Positions 30,371-40,198 of a stretch of DNA of 64,000 nt are shown piece by piece. The notes under the pieces are model-generated. The model was given only the letters and a program-made list of their open reading frames with translations. It had not been told where the DNA came from and made no database searches. The stretch is taken from NCBI GenBank assembly GCA_014727915.1, contig WJMO01000006.1, forward strand, positions 384,001 through 448,000, read 5' to 3'. Position numbers and translations under genes: made by a program. This DNA comes from Candidatus Altiarchaeales archaeon (GTDB lineage Archaea; Altiarchaeota; Altiarchaeia; IMC4; SCGC-AAA252-I15). Position 1 is the stretch's first letter. The number at the start of each line of letters is the position of its first letter.

Positions 30371-30385
30371 GCAAAATATAATGTG

Positions 30386-31546
30386 ATGTCCACAATAAAA
30401 CCTCCGCCGGAGGAGGTATACGTCGGTTTGGAGGAGTACAAAAGTAGTTGCGAGGGAATCGGCGGGACCTTGAAACGGGAACCGGGGGATTTCATCGTCC
30501 GTGAGATAACAGAGGAGGATAAGGTCCTGGAGCTGGACTCGGACGTGAGCGGGGACATGCTCCCAGGCGACTACACCCACTTCACACTGGTAAAGGAGAA
30601 CTGGGACACAATGAGGGCCGTGAAGGAGATCTCAAAGGCGCTTGGTGTGAGCAGGAAACGGCTGGCCTTCGCAGGAACGAAGGACAGGAGGGCGGTTACC
30701 GCCCAGAGGATAAGCGCCTACAAGGTGCCGGTTGAAAAGCTCCGAGGGATAAGGATAAAGGACCTGACCCTGAAGGATTTCGGCTACAGCGACGAGAGCC
30801 TCGGGCTGGGCTCGTTGAGGGGAAACAGGTTCACGGTAAAGGTCAGGGGAGTATGCAGTGGAGCGGATGAGAGGATAGGGAAGATTGCAGGGGAGATATC
30901 CTCCGGGTTCCCCAACTACTATGGGAGGCAGAGGTTCGGAGAGGCGAGGCCCATAACACACGAGGTCGGATCTTTCATACTGAAGGGGGACCTGGAGTCA
31001 GCGGTAATGACATACCTTGCCAAATCATTCCCGGGGGAGGATGAAGGCGTGAGAGCCCTCAGAGAGGAACTATGGCGTAGCCGGGACTTCCAGGCCGCGT
31101 TGAACAGTTTCCCAGCTAGTATGGGATACGAGAAGGCGATTCTGAACCACCTGATACAATATGAAGAAGACTACGAGGGGGCCTTGAAGGCCCTGCCCAA
31201 GAGCCTGCAGAGGATGTTCGTCCACGCCTACCAGAGCTACCTGTTCAACCGGGCCCTAAGCCGGTGCATCCGGGAGAGCTATACAGTGGAGAAGCTGCCG
31301 TTGGTGGGGTTTGAAGTAGGGGCGGACGATATCTCTGCGGGCATAATGGAGGCGGACGGGATAGAACAGGCCGACTTCGAGGTTGATGGCATGCGGGACC
31401 TGAAGAGCAGGGGGGAGTATAGGCTGTGCTTCGAAGCTGCCAAGGGTATCGAATGGAGGGTGGACGGGGACGATGCTGTATTCAGCTTCAGCCTCTCCAA
31501 GGGATCCTATGCCACCGTGGTAATCCGGGAGTTCACAAAGAACTGA
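30386..31546 (+). CDS. truD: tRNA pseudouridine(13) synthase
   Basis: DFIVRE, AGTKDRRAVTAQ, GNRF, PNYYG.QRFG, KGSYAT. Confidence 0.96.
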   Translation: MSTIKPPPEEVYVGLEEYKSSCEGIGGTLKREPGDFIVREITEEDKVLELDSDVSGDMLPGDYTHFTLVKENWDTMRAVKEISKALGVSRKRLAFAGTKDRRAVTAQRISAYKVPVEKLRGIRIKDLTLKDFGYSDESLGLGSLRGNRFTVKVRGVCSGADERIGKIAGEISSGFPNYYGRQRFGEARPITHEVGSFILKGDLESAVMTYLAKSFPGEDEGVRALREELWRSRDFQAALNSFPASMGYEKAILNHLIQYEEDYEGALKALPKSLQRMFVHAYQSYLFNRALSRCIRESYTVEKLPLVGFEVGADDISAGIMEADGIEQADFEVDGMRDLKSRGEYRLCFEAAKGIEWRVDGDDAVFSFSLSKGSYATVVIREFTKN

Positions 31547-31946
31547 AAAACAGCATATAAACCTGTGAGTCCATACCCGAGAAAAACATATTCACCAAAG
31601 GTTGATACTGGTCAAACATGCGAAAACGAGCATGTAACCCCATCGTTAGTACGATATTCAAATGATTTAGACAGTATAGGAGTGGGTGCTGCCAAACGTC
31701 GGGTTTGTATTTCGGGAGCACAGCAACACCCTGATATTACCGCATAATAACTGGTGAAATCTATCGGGATTAAATACGCACACTGGGATTATTTAATTGA
31801 GGTTGGGGTAAAAGGTTGAGGATGAGTTTCTTTCTCACCCCCCTAGATGAGAAGGACACCGTTTAACAAAAGGACACCTCCCAAAAAAACCCCAACCCCC
31901 CCCATTCTAATGCTGTTATTTATCCAATGTTTCGTATTCCTATGGT

Positions 31947-33314
31947 ATGGGTAAGGACCTGACCGAAGGCAACATCTCAAGGACCATAATAGAGACTTCC
32001 GTGCCTTTGATGGTCGCTTTTGTCTTGCAAAGCGCATTCAACATAGCGGATGCCTTTTTCGTGGGTAAGATAAGCGCTGAAGCCCTTGCCGCGGTCAGCA
32101 TAAGCTTCCCCGTGGTATTCCTCATAATCGCCCTTGGAACCGGTATAGGGGCTGGCACCACCTCCGTGGTAGCCAGATACATAGGGGCAAAAGACTACGA
32201 CAACGCGGATAACGCGGCTGAACACGCCCTTATATCCTCTGGTTTTGTGGGTTTGGGGCTTGGCATAGCAGGTTTCCTGATTTCACCGTACCTGTTCGAC
32301 ATAATAGGCGCGGAAGGCAGCCTTAAGGCTCTCGCGCTCGAGTACATAAACATACTGTTGTTCTTCACGGTCTTCATGATGTTCGCCTTCGTCGGGAATA
32401 GCATACTCAGGGGTGAGGGGGACATGAAGACGCCCATGAAGATAATGGGTTTGTCCTCCATACTAAACATAGTGTTCGACCCGTTCTTCATCTTCCCTGG
32501 CGGCTATCATCTGCCCTTCGGCCTGGTTCTTCCGTTCGGTTTGGGCCTGGGAGTCCGGGGGGCTGCCATCGCCACGCTCACCGCCCGGGGAATCGGGATG
32601 TCATGGCTCACATGGCACATACTGACAGGCAGATCCTGGGTAAAACTGGACTTCAGGCACTTCAGATACGATTTCAGCCACGTTAAGAACATATTCTTCG
32701 TGGGGGTGCCGGCTTCATTGATAAACGTCACCATGAGCGTTGGCATGTTCCTGTGGACTGTCATAGTCGGGATGCACGGTACGGCTGCGTTGGCGGCCTA
32801 CGGCATCGGTTTCAGGTTGGACACTGTCGCGTTGCTGCCTGCCATGGGAGTATCGGTCGCGGTTATAAGCATAGTAGGCCAGAACATCGGGGCCGGTAAG
32901 CTTGGCCGCGCGAGGCAGGCAACCTACAAGGCAGGGATGATGGCTTCAGGTTTCATGGTCTTTATAGGGATATTGTTCAACCTTTTCTCTGTGCAGATAA
33001 TATCTGCTTTCAACACCGACCCCGAGGTGGTGGGTTATGGCGTTTCTTTTCTGCGCATAATACCCTGGAGCTATATCTTCGTGGGGTTGGCCATGTGCAT
33101 ATCCTCCGCCTTCGTGGGTTCCGGCCAGGCATTGCTGGCTCTGCTCATAACCATCATGAGGATCATCGTGTTCTCTGTTCCCCTGGCCTACCTGATATCC
33201 CTGGCCTATGGCGTCAGCGGCATTTGGATGGGCATAGCCGCTGGATCCATACTGGGGTCCCTATTCGCGCTTTTGCTGTTCAAGAGATGCTGCACACTCA
33301 AATATACAGCCTAA
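31947..33314 (+). CDS. MATE family efflux transporter
   Basis: DAFFVG, RGEGDMKTP, NIVFDP, GQNIGAG; about 12 TMs. Confidence 0.95.
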   Translation: MGKDLTEGNISRTIIETSVPLMVAFVLQSAFNIADAFFVGKISAEALAAVSISFPVVFLIIALGTGIGAGTTSVVARYIGAKDYDNADNAAEHALISSGFVGLGLGIAGFLISPYLFDIIGAEGSLKALALEYINILLFFTVFMMFAFVGNSILRGEGDMKTPMKIMGLSSILNIVFDPFFIFPGGYHLPFGLVLPFGLGLGVRGAAIATLTARGIGMSWLTWHILTGRSWVKLDFRHFRYDFSHVKNIFFVGVPASLINVTMSVGMFLWTVIVGMHGTAALAAYGIGFRLDTVALLPAMGVSVAVISIVGQNIGAGKLGRARQATYKAGMMASGFMVFIGILFNLFSVQIISAFNTDPEVVGYGVSFLRIIPWSYIFVGLAMCISSAFVGSGQALLALLITIMRIIVFSVPLAYLISLAYGVSGIWMGIAAGSILGSLFALLLFKRCCTLKYTA

Positions 33315-33373
33315 CCCATGGGTAATCACAAGGTATTTAAAGGTGTTGTGTTCTATATATCTACCAATCTAGG

Positions 33374-35551
33374 ATGTCAGAGCATATTATAGAACTCAAG
33401 GTCGCGGAGGCGCTGCAGAACGACGTCGGCAGAGGCATCGTGAGGATAGACTCTGAGTCGGCGAGGAAGCTGGACGTGACGACGGGAGACATCGTCGAAG
33501 TAAGCGGCGGCAGGACGACAGCCGCCAAAGTCTGGCAGAGCCACCAGGAAGACGAGGGCAAGGACATCATAAGGATGGACGGGCTGCTAAGGCAGAACTC
33601 GGGCTCAACCCTGGGGGACAAGGTGAAGGTGAGGAAGGCAGAGCTTAAGAGCGCAAAGAAGGTCGTGATAGCCCCGACACGCCACGAGATAAGCTTTGGA
33701 GAGGACTTCTCCAGCTACGTGAAGCAAAGGGTCCTCATGGGTCGGCCGCTCATCAGCGGCGACGCATTCTACATAACCGTCCTGGGCCAGGCCATATCCT
33801 TCACCGTCGCGAGCACTAAACCCAACGGGATAGTCAAGATAACAGAGTACACAAACCTGGAAGTCAAGAGCAAACCCATGTCCGTAACCTCTGTCCCCGG
33901 CCTGGCGGTACGGTACGAGGACATCGGCGGACTCCGGGACGAGGTAGGACGGGTTAGAGAGATGGTGGAACTCCCAATGAAACACCCGGAACTATTCGAA
34001 AAACTCGGGATAAAACCCCCGAAGGGAGTCCTACTATACGGTCCCCCTGGAACTGGAAAGACCCTGCTCGCCAAAGCGGTCGCCTCAGAGTCGAATGCGA
34101 ACTTCATGCACTTGAACGGGCCGGAGATAATGGACAAGTTCTACGGGGAATCGGAGCGGAAGTTGCGGGACATATTCGAGGAAGCCCAGCAGAACGCACC
34201 ATCCATAATATTCATCGACGAGATCGACAGCATCGCGCCCAAGAGGGACGAGACGAAGGGAGAGGTTGAGAGGAGGGTGGTGGCCCAGTTGCTCGCTCTC
34301 ATGGACGGGCTCGCATCAAGGGGCAACGTGATAGTCGTGGCAGCCACCAACCGACCGGACAGCCTGGATCCCGCACTGAGGAGGCCGGGAAGGTTCGACC
34401 GTGAGATAGAGATAGGAGTACCGGACGTGAACGGAAGGAAGGAGATACTGCAGATACACACGCGAGGCATGCCATTGGACGACGACGTGGACCTGGAGAA
34501 GATAGGGAGGATAACCCACGGGTTCGTCGGAGCGGACATAGAAGCCATCGCGAGAGAGGCCGCAATGCACGCGCTGAAGAGGAACCTGCCAAGGATAGAC
34601 CTTGAAAGCGACTCCATACCGGCCGAAGTGCTTGAAAGCCTAAAGGTCACAAGGGAGGACTTCTCCGAGGCCATGAAGATCGTGGACCCCTCTGCGTTGA
34701 GGGAAGTCATGGTAGAGGTGCCGAACGTCAAATGGAACGACATAGGAGGTTTGAAGAGGGTAAAGCAGGAGCTTGTCGAGGCGGTAGAATGGCCGCTGAA
34801 GAAGCCCGATACATTCAAGAAGCTCGGGATAAAAGCGCCCAATGCCGTGCTGCTATACGGGCCGCCCGGGTGCGGCAAGACCATGCTGGCAAAGGCTGTC
34901 GCCACCGAATCCGAGGCCAACTTCATAGCAGTCAAGGGCCCAGAGCTCCTGTCGATGTGGGTGGGAGAGTCAGAGCGGGGAGTCAGGGAGATATTCAAGA
35001 AAGCAAGGCAGACCGCGCCAACGATAATATTCTTCGACGAAATAGACGCCATCGCGCCCCGGAGGGGAACCAGCTTCGGCAGCCACGTGACCGAAACGGT
35101 CGTCAACCAGATACTGACCGAGATAGACGGGATAGAACGGCTGGAGAACGTAATGATAATCGGAGCCAGCAACCGGCCTGACATACTAGACCCCAGCCTT
35201 CTCAGACCCGGAAGGTTCGACCGGCTAGTACTGGTGCCATTGCCGGACCGCGAGGCAAGGGAGGAAGTTTTCAAGGTTCACACGAAGGGCATGCCACTGA
35301 GGGGAGTCAACATAGAGGACCTGGCCAAGAAGACCGAAGGATACACCGGCGCAGACATAGAATCGCTCTGCAGGGAGGCGGCCATGAACTCCCTCAGAGA
35401 GGACATGGAAGCCGGTTACGTGGACAGAAAACACTTCGAACACGCCCTCGAGGAGATAACACCCTCAGTGACAGCGGAGGAAGCCAAGAGCTACGAGAAC
35501 AACCTTCGCAGAGGCAGGAGAAAAGACGAGCAGCTGCCAGCCTACGGGTGA
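33374..35551 (+). CDS. cdc48: Cdc48/VAT AAA+ ATPase
   Basis: N-domain DVGRGIVR; two AAA modules GPPGTGKT and [15 protein letters not shown] twice. Confidence 0.97.
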   Translation: MSEHIIELKVAEALQNDVGRGIVRIDSESARKLDVTTGDIVEVSGGRTTAAKVWQSHQEDEGKDIIRMDGLLRQNSGSTLGDKVKVRKAELKSAKKVVIAPTRHEISFGEDFSSYVKQRVLMGRPLISGDAFYITVLGQAISFTVASTKPNGIVKITEYTNLEVKSKPMSVTSVPGLAVRYEDIGGLRDEVGRVREMVELPMKHPELFEKLGIKPPKGVLLYGPPGTGKTLLAKAVASESNANFMHLNGPEIMDKFYGESERKLRDIFEEAQQNAPSIIFIDEIDSIAPKRDETKGEVERRVVAQLLALMDGLASRGNVIVVAATNRPDSLDPALRRPGRFDREIEIGVPDVNGRKEILQIHTRGMPLDDDVDLEKIGRITHGFVGADIEAIAREAAMHALKRNLPRIDLESDSIPAEVLESLKVTREDFSEAMKIVDPSALREVMVEVPNVKWNDIGGLKRVKQELVEAVEWPLKKPDTFKKLGIKAPNAVLLYGPPGCGKTMLAKAVATESEANFIAVKGPELLSMWVGESERGVREIFKKARQTAPTIIFFDEIDAIAPRRGTSFGSHVTETVVNQILTEIDGIERLENVMIIGASNRPDILDPSLLRPGRFDRLVLVPLPDREAREEVFKVHTKGMPLRGVNIEDLAKKTEGYTGADIESLCREAAMNSLREDMEAGYVDRKHFEHALEEITPSVTAEEAKSYENNLRRGRRKDEQLPAYG

Positions 35552-35556
35552 AACGA

Positions 35557-36942
35557 TTAAATGGTGAATTTTTCCTCATTTAACACATAATATGCCCCCC
35601 TATATTTCCCAATTTTCCTAATGAATTTGAAACGTATTAACTCCCTTAAGTCATTTACAGCTGTGGGGACAGAAATATCATTTATAGAAGCATAAGTCTT
35701 GGATTTTATGCTCTGGTTCTGTTTGAGATAATCAATCGCTTTTATTTGTCTCTCATTTAAGTCTCCCATACCCTCGACCGGCTTTAAAACACCACGTAAG
35801 TTCATTAGGACAACAATGAAGAAATTGCCGGAATAATCGAATAATGGGTCTTTCAGGCCGGCTTTTCGCATTTCATTTCGCATCCTAGGAATGCCGGTTC
35901 CAAGACCCTCAACATATCCAAGATCACGTAGTAATCTATACGTAAGCGGATTTCTCTGAACGGATAGAAATCCCAGTTTATCTGGCGACATGCCAGACGG
36001 TAGTGATCCCGGGCTGATTATTTCTATTCTATCATCAAATATGTTTACTTGAATTGCATCCTTACTGAAATAATCTCTGTGTGCTACTGCATTTACAATT
36101 GACTCGCGAATCACGGTCAACGGATATTCGTATATCTCTGTTCTTATTGCTGATTCTGATGTTGGTTTAAGTCGTGTTATTATGTTTTCTTTTATGAAAG
36201 AATATGCCAACTCAATTTGTTCAATTGGATCGCTTTTAACCAGTTTATAAGAGATTATATCTACCGCCTCGGTACCAGAATATTTCACAAGCTTTAGTTC
36301 AGCCTGTGGGACAAATTGGCTTAGATTTTTTGAGAAGAATAATGCTGCTGCATTTTTTATTTTCAGATGATCATTTTGATGCGCCAGTCGATTGCTTAAT
36401 AGAAAATTATCTATTGAATTTTCAATCAGAAATTCTCCTTGCCCTCTTATTTTCAAAAATTTTTTTATTTTTTCTTCGTCTAAGTCTTCCAAGTTAGCTT
36501 CGCTTATGGCTTCGTCAAAACATAAGATTTGCCTGTCCCGGAGGTAATCCAACATAGAATGACCTTCTAATTTATGGACAGTGCTGCCAATTCTGACATA
36601 AATTAGTCCCTTAAAGGTGTGAAAATTGCCCTGGTTAGCCCGATGGATTATGACAAGTAATAAAGGTTTTCCGTCGATTTGTATGACTTCTTGGGAGATA
36701 AGAGGTGGAGAGCTGATGTCCTGAGATATTAATGAAATTTTTTGTTGTGCAGTATCTAAATCGCCTTCTAATCCAACAATTTTCCTTTTTCTATTTACCC
36801 CGAATACTATGGTTCCACCGTTAGTGTTTGCAAATGCACATATTTGTTTTGCTATCTTTTCTTTGCTCTGTAAAGATTCCTTAAATTCAACTTCTTGATT
36901 TTCTCCGGATTCAATAAGCCTTTTGACTTCGTCATAGTTCAT
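35557..36942 (-). CDS. AlbA_2/Schlafen-like N-domain + HATPase_c_4 + wHTH protein (low GC)
   Basis: ESGENQEVEFKES, AFANTNGG.I.FGV, RE.IVNAVAHRDY, SPG, RNP, GTGI; markedly AT-rich; start 36942 (ATG) or 36951 (GTG). Confidence 0.88.
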   Translation of the reverse strand: MNYDEVKRLIESGENQEVEFKESLQSKEKIAKQICAFANTNGGTIVFGVNRKRKIVGLEGDLDTAQQKISLISQDISSPPLISQEVIQIDGKPLLLVIIHRANQGNFHTFKGLIYVRIGSTVHKLEGHSMLDYLRDRQILCFDEAISEANLEDLDEEKIKKFLKIRGQGEFLIENSIDNFLLSNRLAHQNDHLKIKNAAALFFSKNLSQFVPQAELKLVKYSGTEAVDIISYKLVKSDPIEQIELAYSFIKENIITRLKPTSESAIRTEIYEYPLTVIRESIVNAVAHRDYFSKDAIQVNIFDDRIEIISPGSLPSGMSPDKLGFLSVQRNPLTYRLLRDLGYVEGLGTGIPRMRNEMRKAGLKDPLFDYSGNFFIVVLMNLRGVLKPVEGMGDLNERQIKAIDYLKQNQSIKSKTYASINDISVPTAVNDLRELIRFKFIRKIGKYRGAYYVLNEEKFTI

Positions 36943-36950
36943 ATAAATCA

Positions 36951-37060
36951 CTTGATATAAGTTATAAGTAACTTAAAGTATTTAAAAGTATTCAAGATTT
37001 TTAGGAAATCAAAAAACACCTTATATAAATTATAAGTAAATTAAAGTATTTAAAAGTATT
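36951..37060. repeat. Imperfect 41-bp direct repeat (36951-36992, 37020-37060)
   Basis: cttgatataagttataagtaacttaaagtatttaaaagtatt vs cttatataaattataagtaaattaaagtatttaaaagtatt. Confidence 0.85.
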
Positions 37061-37111
37061 TAAAGCGGAAGAATTAACCTTAATAAATATAGATAAAACC
37101 ACTATTCATTG

Positions 37112-38461
37112 ATGGACTCCAGAGCCTTGGACCTCAACGCAGTATGGTTGGGCGTGCCGTTGGAGCGTTTGATGGAGAATGCCGGAGCAGCTGTAGCCCG
37201 AGAATGCGCTGGATTCAAGAGGATAGCAATATTCTGCGGGCGGGGGAACAACGGCGGCGACGGGCTCGTGGCAGCGCGGATACTGCACGAGGACGGAGTA
37301 GATGTCACCGTGTTCGCCCTGGAAGGAGACCGCACAAAACTGAATCAAAACAATTTGGGAAAAATCCCGGATAGCTTGAAGAAAATCATAGATAATCGTG
37401 AAGACTTCGAACTGGAGGGTTTTGACCTCATCGTCGACGCCCTGGTGGGCGTGGGTTTGGAGGGTGAAGCCCGTGAGCCGTTGAAAGGAGTAATAGAGAA
37501 GATGAACGAGTCGCACGCCCACAAGATCTCCGTTGATACGCCATCGGCTGGGATCGTGGAGGCTGACGCGGTAGTTTCACTCCACACTGCCAAGGTGCCG
37601 GGGGCGATAGTGGCGGACATAGGCATACCAGCCGAGGCGGAACGCTACTGCGGACCGGGAGACGTGGCAGTAGCGCTTCCGCGCAGGAAGAGCGATTCTC
37701 GCAAGGGAGACCACGGAAGGCTCATCGTCATGGGAGGGTGCAGGGAATACATCGGCACGCCAACACTGGTAGCGCAGGCCGCGTTGAAATCCGGCGTCGA
37801 CCTCGTGACTGTCTGCGTCCCACAGTATGTCGCGGACAAGATGCCCTTCGACCCCAACCTCATAGTCCACCCGCTGAAGAGCAGTGACGCCATAACAGCA
37901 GAGGACGTGAAGGAGGTTCTAGGCATGAAATGCGACGCAATAGTCTTCGGCAACGGCCTGGGACGTGAGAGCAGAGAGGCTGCGAAGTGGCTGATGGAGA
38001 AATCTAAGGTTCCGCTGGTATTGGACGCGGACGCGCTGAGCCTCGCGAAAAAGAGATGGCTAAAGGATAATATGATAGTCACCCCGCACGAGGCAGAGTA
38101 TAGGAGGCTGTTCGGGAGATTGGAGGACAGGGAAGAGAACGTCCTAGCAGACTCCAGGGAGACCGGCGCGGTCATAGTGTTGAAGGGGAGTGAGGACACC
38201 ATATCAGACGGCGAGACTGTCAGGTTGAACAGGACGGGAGACCCTAACATGACCGTCGGCGGCACAGGGGACGTGCTCGCGGGGGTGATAGGCTCCCTAC
38301 TCGCACAGACAGGGGACCGGATGAAGGCAGCATGCGCTGGAGCATACCTCACCGGCAGGTCAGGGGAACTGGCCTCCGAGGAGCTGGGAGTATCCATGAC
38401 AGCCACCGATGTGATAGCGAAGATACCGGAGGCCATAGGGGAAGTGAGGGATCTAGGGTGA
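37112..38461 (+). CDS. nnr: Bifunctional NAD(P)HX epimerase/dehydratase
   Basis: LMENAG, GNNGGDG, DADAL, TPH..E, GGTGDVLAG. Confidence 0.95.
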   Translation: MDSRALDLNAVWLGVPLERLMENAGAAVARECAGFKRIAIFCGRGNNGGDGLVAARILHEDGVDVTVFALEGDRTKLNQNNLGKIPDSLKKIIDNREDFELEGFDLIVDALVGVGLEGEAREPLKGVIEKMNESHAHKISVDTPSAGIVEADAVVSLHTAKVPGAIVADIGIPAEAERYCGPGDVAVALPRRKSDSRKGDHGRLIVMGGCREYIGTPTLVAQAALKSGVDLVTVCVPQYVADKMPFDPNLIVHPLKSSDAITAEDVKEVLGMKCDAIVFGNGLGRESREAAKWLMEKSKVPLVLDADALSLAKKRWLKDNMIVTPHEAEYRRLFGRLEDREENVLADSRETGAVIVLKGSEDTISDGETVRLNRTGDPNMTVGGTGDVLAGVIGSLLAQTGDRMKAACAGAYLTGRSGELASEELGVSMTATDVIAKIPEAIGEVRDLG

Positions 38462-38862
38462 AAGACGCCATCAAAGACATGGAAGGCCTGCGGGAGCACA
38501 TGAAATCCACGGACCTGAAGTTCAGAGAAGCCATCCTAGAATACTACAGGAAACTCGGGGAAAAACAGGGTTTCACCGTAGTCCAGGGAAGCAGCGCCAT
38601 AAGGAAGGCAGTGAACTTCGGGAAGTTGGACCTGGCATGGGTCGAGCCGAACATAGTCTTCACCAGCGAATTCGGATTGTTAGACGACATCTACAAGCAC
38701 CTTTGGAGGGTGATGGTGTTGAAGCCGTGCATTGCAGTTCTGCTGTTGAGCGGCAACAGCAGATGCAACCCGGGAAGGGTGAAGGAGATAGTTGAAAAGA
38801 CGGAGGAACTGAACGATGTGGAATTCATAATATTGGACGTGTCAAACTACAAGGCCTTCTAA
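38458..38862 (+). CDS. Hypothetical protein, possible PD-(D/E)xK-like fold
   Basis: GTGA overlap with nnr; GKLDLAW...FTSEFG pattern. Confidence 0.6.
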   Translation: MKDAIKDMEGLREHMKSTDLKFREAILEYYRKLGEKQGFTVVQGSSAIRKAVNFGKLDLAWVEPNIVFTSEFGLLDDIYKHLWRVMVLKPCIAVLLLSGNSRCNPGRVKEIVEKTEELNDVEFIILDVSNYKAF

Positions 38863-39416
38863 CGCAGCATCTCGATCTGGTAAACTTCCACCCTAGTAAC
38901 AGGGCATATCTTCTTTATGTCCTTGTATATCTCAGTGCCTAGCTTCCCGAACAATGCAGCCTGCAGCACCTTGTCCCGGCTATCGGTATGCTTTTCAAGG
39001 ATCCGGGTTATGCTCTTCTTTATGTCAGCCTTCTGGACCTCACTTACCTTGTGCCTTGAAAGCACCATAATCTTGAAGCGCATCATATCCCCCTCTACCT
39101 CCATCTCGCGGCCGTAGTCGATCTTAAGGGTCTTCTTACGAACCTTGGAGCGGAGGTAACCAGTTGGTATGAAGAACTTCTTGAATCTTGTCAGGGCCTT
39201 GTCCCCCTTTACGTCGTAGACTTCGAACCTCAGGTTCAGGTAGTTCTTGCTCCTGTCATTCATGAGGTCGCCGAGGGAAACCTGCACCGTCCTACCGGCC
39301 AGCTTCTCCGGGTCGGCAGACAGAGTGGTCCCGATCTCCTTCTTGTCGAAGTTATCAGGGGCCTGGAGTATGTAGAGCTTCTTGCTCTTCCATGAGGTGA
39401 CGGTCTTCTTAGCCAT
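38859..39416 (-). CDS. rps3ae: 30S ribosomal protein S3Ae (eS1)
   Basis: WKSK..Y...AP..F, GRTV..SLGDL, YLRSKVR, KKICP..RVEV. Confidence 0.93.
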   Translation of the reverse strand: MAKKTVTSWKSKKLYILQAPDNFDKKEIGTTLSADPEKLAGRTVQVSLGDLMNDRSKNYLNLRFEVYDVKGDKALTRFKKFFIPTGYLRSKVRKKTLKIDYGREMEVEGDMMRFKIMVLSRHKVSEVQKADIKKSITRILEKHTDSRDKVLQAALFGKLGTEIYKDIKKICPVTRVEVYQIEMLR

Positions 39417-39636
39417 TATCTATCATGCTCTCCGAGGTTATCTGGCACCTCAAAAGGTCGTCTAAAGTAGAGAGTAGAGTGTTCAGCGAATCTGATCTGA
39501 TCTCAGATGTCACCCTGTTCCCCGAAAGCGAAGTTTCCACTGACAGGGAGTTCATGACGACATTATCCGTGTTAAGAGACTCTGACACCGCAGCAGAACC
39601 CGCGGACTCCGTGACAAGCTTGGCGTAGCAAATCAT
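39409..39636 (-). CDS. pcc1: KEOPS complex subunit Pcc1
   Basis: [15 protein letters not shown]; sits between rps15 and rps3ae. Confidence 0.8.
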   Translation of the reverse strand: MICYAKLVTESAGSAAVSESLNTDNVVMNSLSVETSLSGNRVTSEIRSDSLNTLLSTLDDLLRCQITSESMIDNG

Positions 39637-40091
39637 TTTGAAACCAGTAACCTCGCCTTCTCCGGATCGTATCTCCAATCTTCCGGGAGCTTGCCGGATT
39701 TCTTGTAGTATTTTGTCAATCTCCTGATCTTGGACTCGACCAAGTGCAGCCCCCTCTTGTTGTGCTTGTCGTGGGAGTGCTTCTCAACGTGCACCCTCAA
39801 CGCGACCGCCTTGTTTATGAGGCTCTGAAGGTCCTCGGGCAGCCTGGGCGCGATACCGTTCTTAGCCAGCACCTTCGTCAGCTTGGAGCCGAGCAGGGGC
39901 CTGACATCGGGGATTCCATACTGGTCCCTGAGTATGAGGCCTATCTTGCTGGGGCTGTGACCGTCCTTCGATAGCTTGACTATGATCTCCTCCACCTCGT
40001 CCTTGGTGTAGCCCACCCACTCGGGAACGCCCATTGACTCGGGCTTCTTGGACTTGCTCCTGCCTTTCTTGCGTGCGTGCATACGAGCCAT
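39633..40091 (-). CDS. rps15: 30S ribosomal protein S15 (uS15)
   Basis: [38 protein letters not shown]. Confidence 0.98.
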   Translation of the reverse strand: MARMHARKKGRSKSKKPESMGVPEWVGYTKDEVEEIIVKLSKDGHSPSKIGLILRDQYGIPDVRPLLGSKLTKVLAKNGIAPRLPEDLQSLINKAVALRVHVEKHSHDKHNKRGLHLVESKIRRLTKYYKKSGKLPEDWRYDPEKARLLVSK

Positions 40092-40165
40092 TGTAAGAGT
40101 ATTTGTGGTGTTAGTGCTTTCCTTGGCGCAGCCCAGACGAATCCAGCCTGCCCAGAAAAAAAGGT
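40092..40165 (-). promoter_or_regulatory. Candidate structured 5' leader (r-leader) of rps15
   Basis: Hairpin 40124-40154 with UUCG loop and stacked G-U/G-C pairs; TTTATATA at about 40189-40196 on the minus strand. Confidence 0.55.
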
Positions 40166-40198
40166 AGATAATAACCAAGTAAAACATGTATATAAATC

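Noticed and set aside
30371-30580. ORF-track extensions of mazG (likewise rps15 to 40187, the S-layer-like gene to 29140, and 38332-38457)
   Set aside because: They overlap neighbouring real genes or regulatory DNA; downstream starts fit better
31562-31570. CCTGTGAGT, a near reverse complement of ACTTCACAGG (also CTTCACAG at the aroC stop, about 14188)
   Set aside because: Imperfect matches with no flanking direct repeat or hairpin pair; chance is likely
32511-32550. LPFGL duplicated in the MATE loop
   Set aside because: Short, diverged at synonymous sites, and in a loop that is normally variable
34141-35274. Long antisense ORFs (also 6501-7451, 8276-9055, 37645-38499, 54579-55472)
   Set aside because: Shadow frames of well-supported genes, with no motifs
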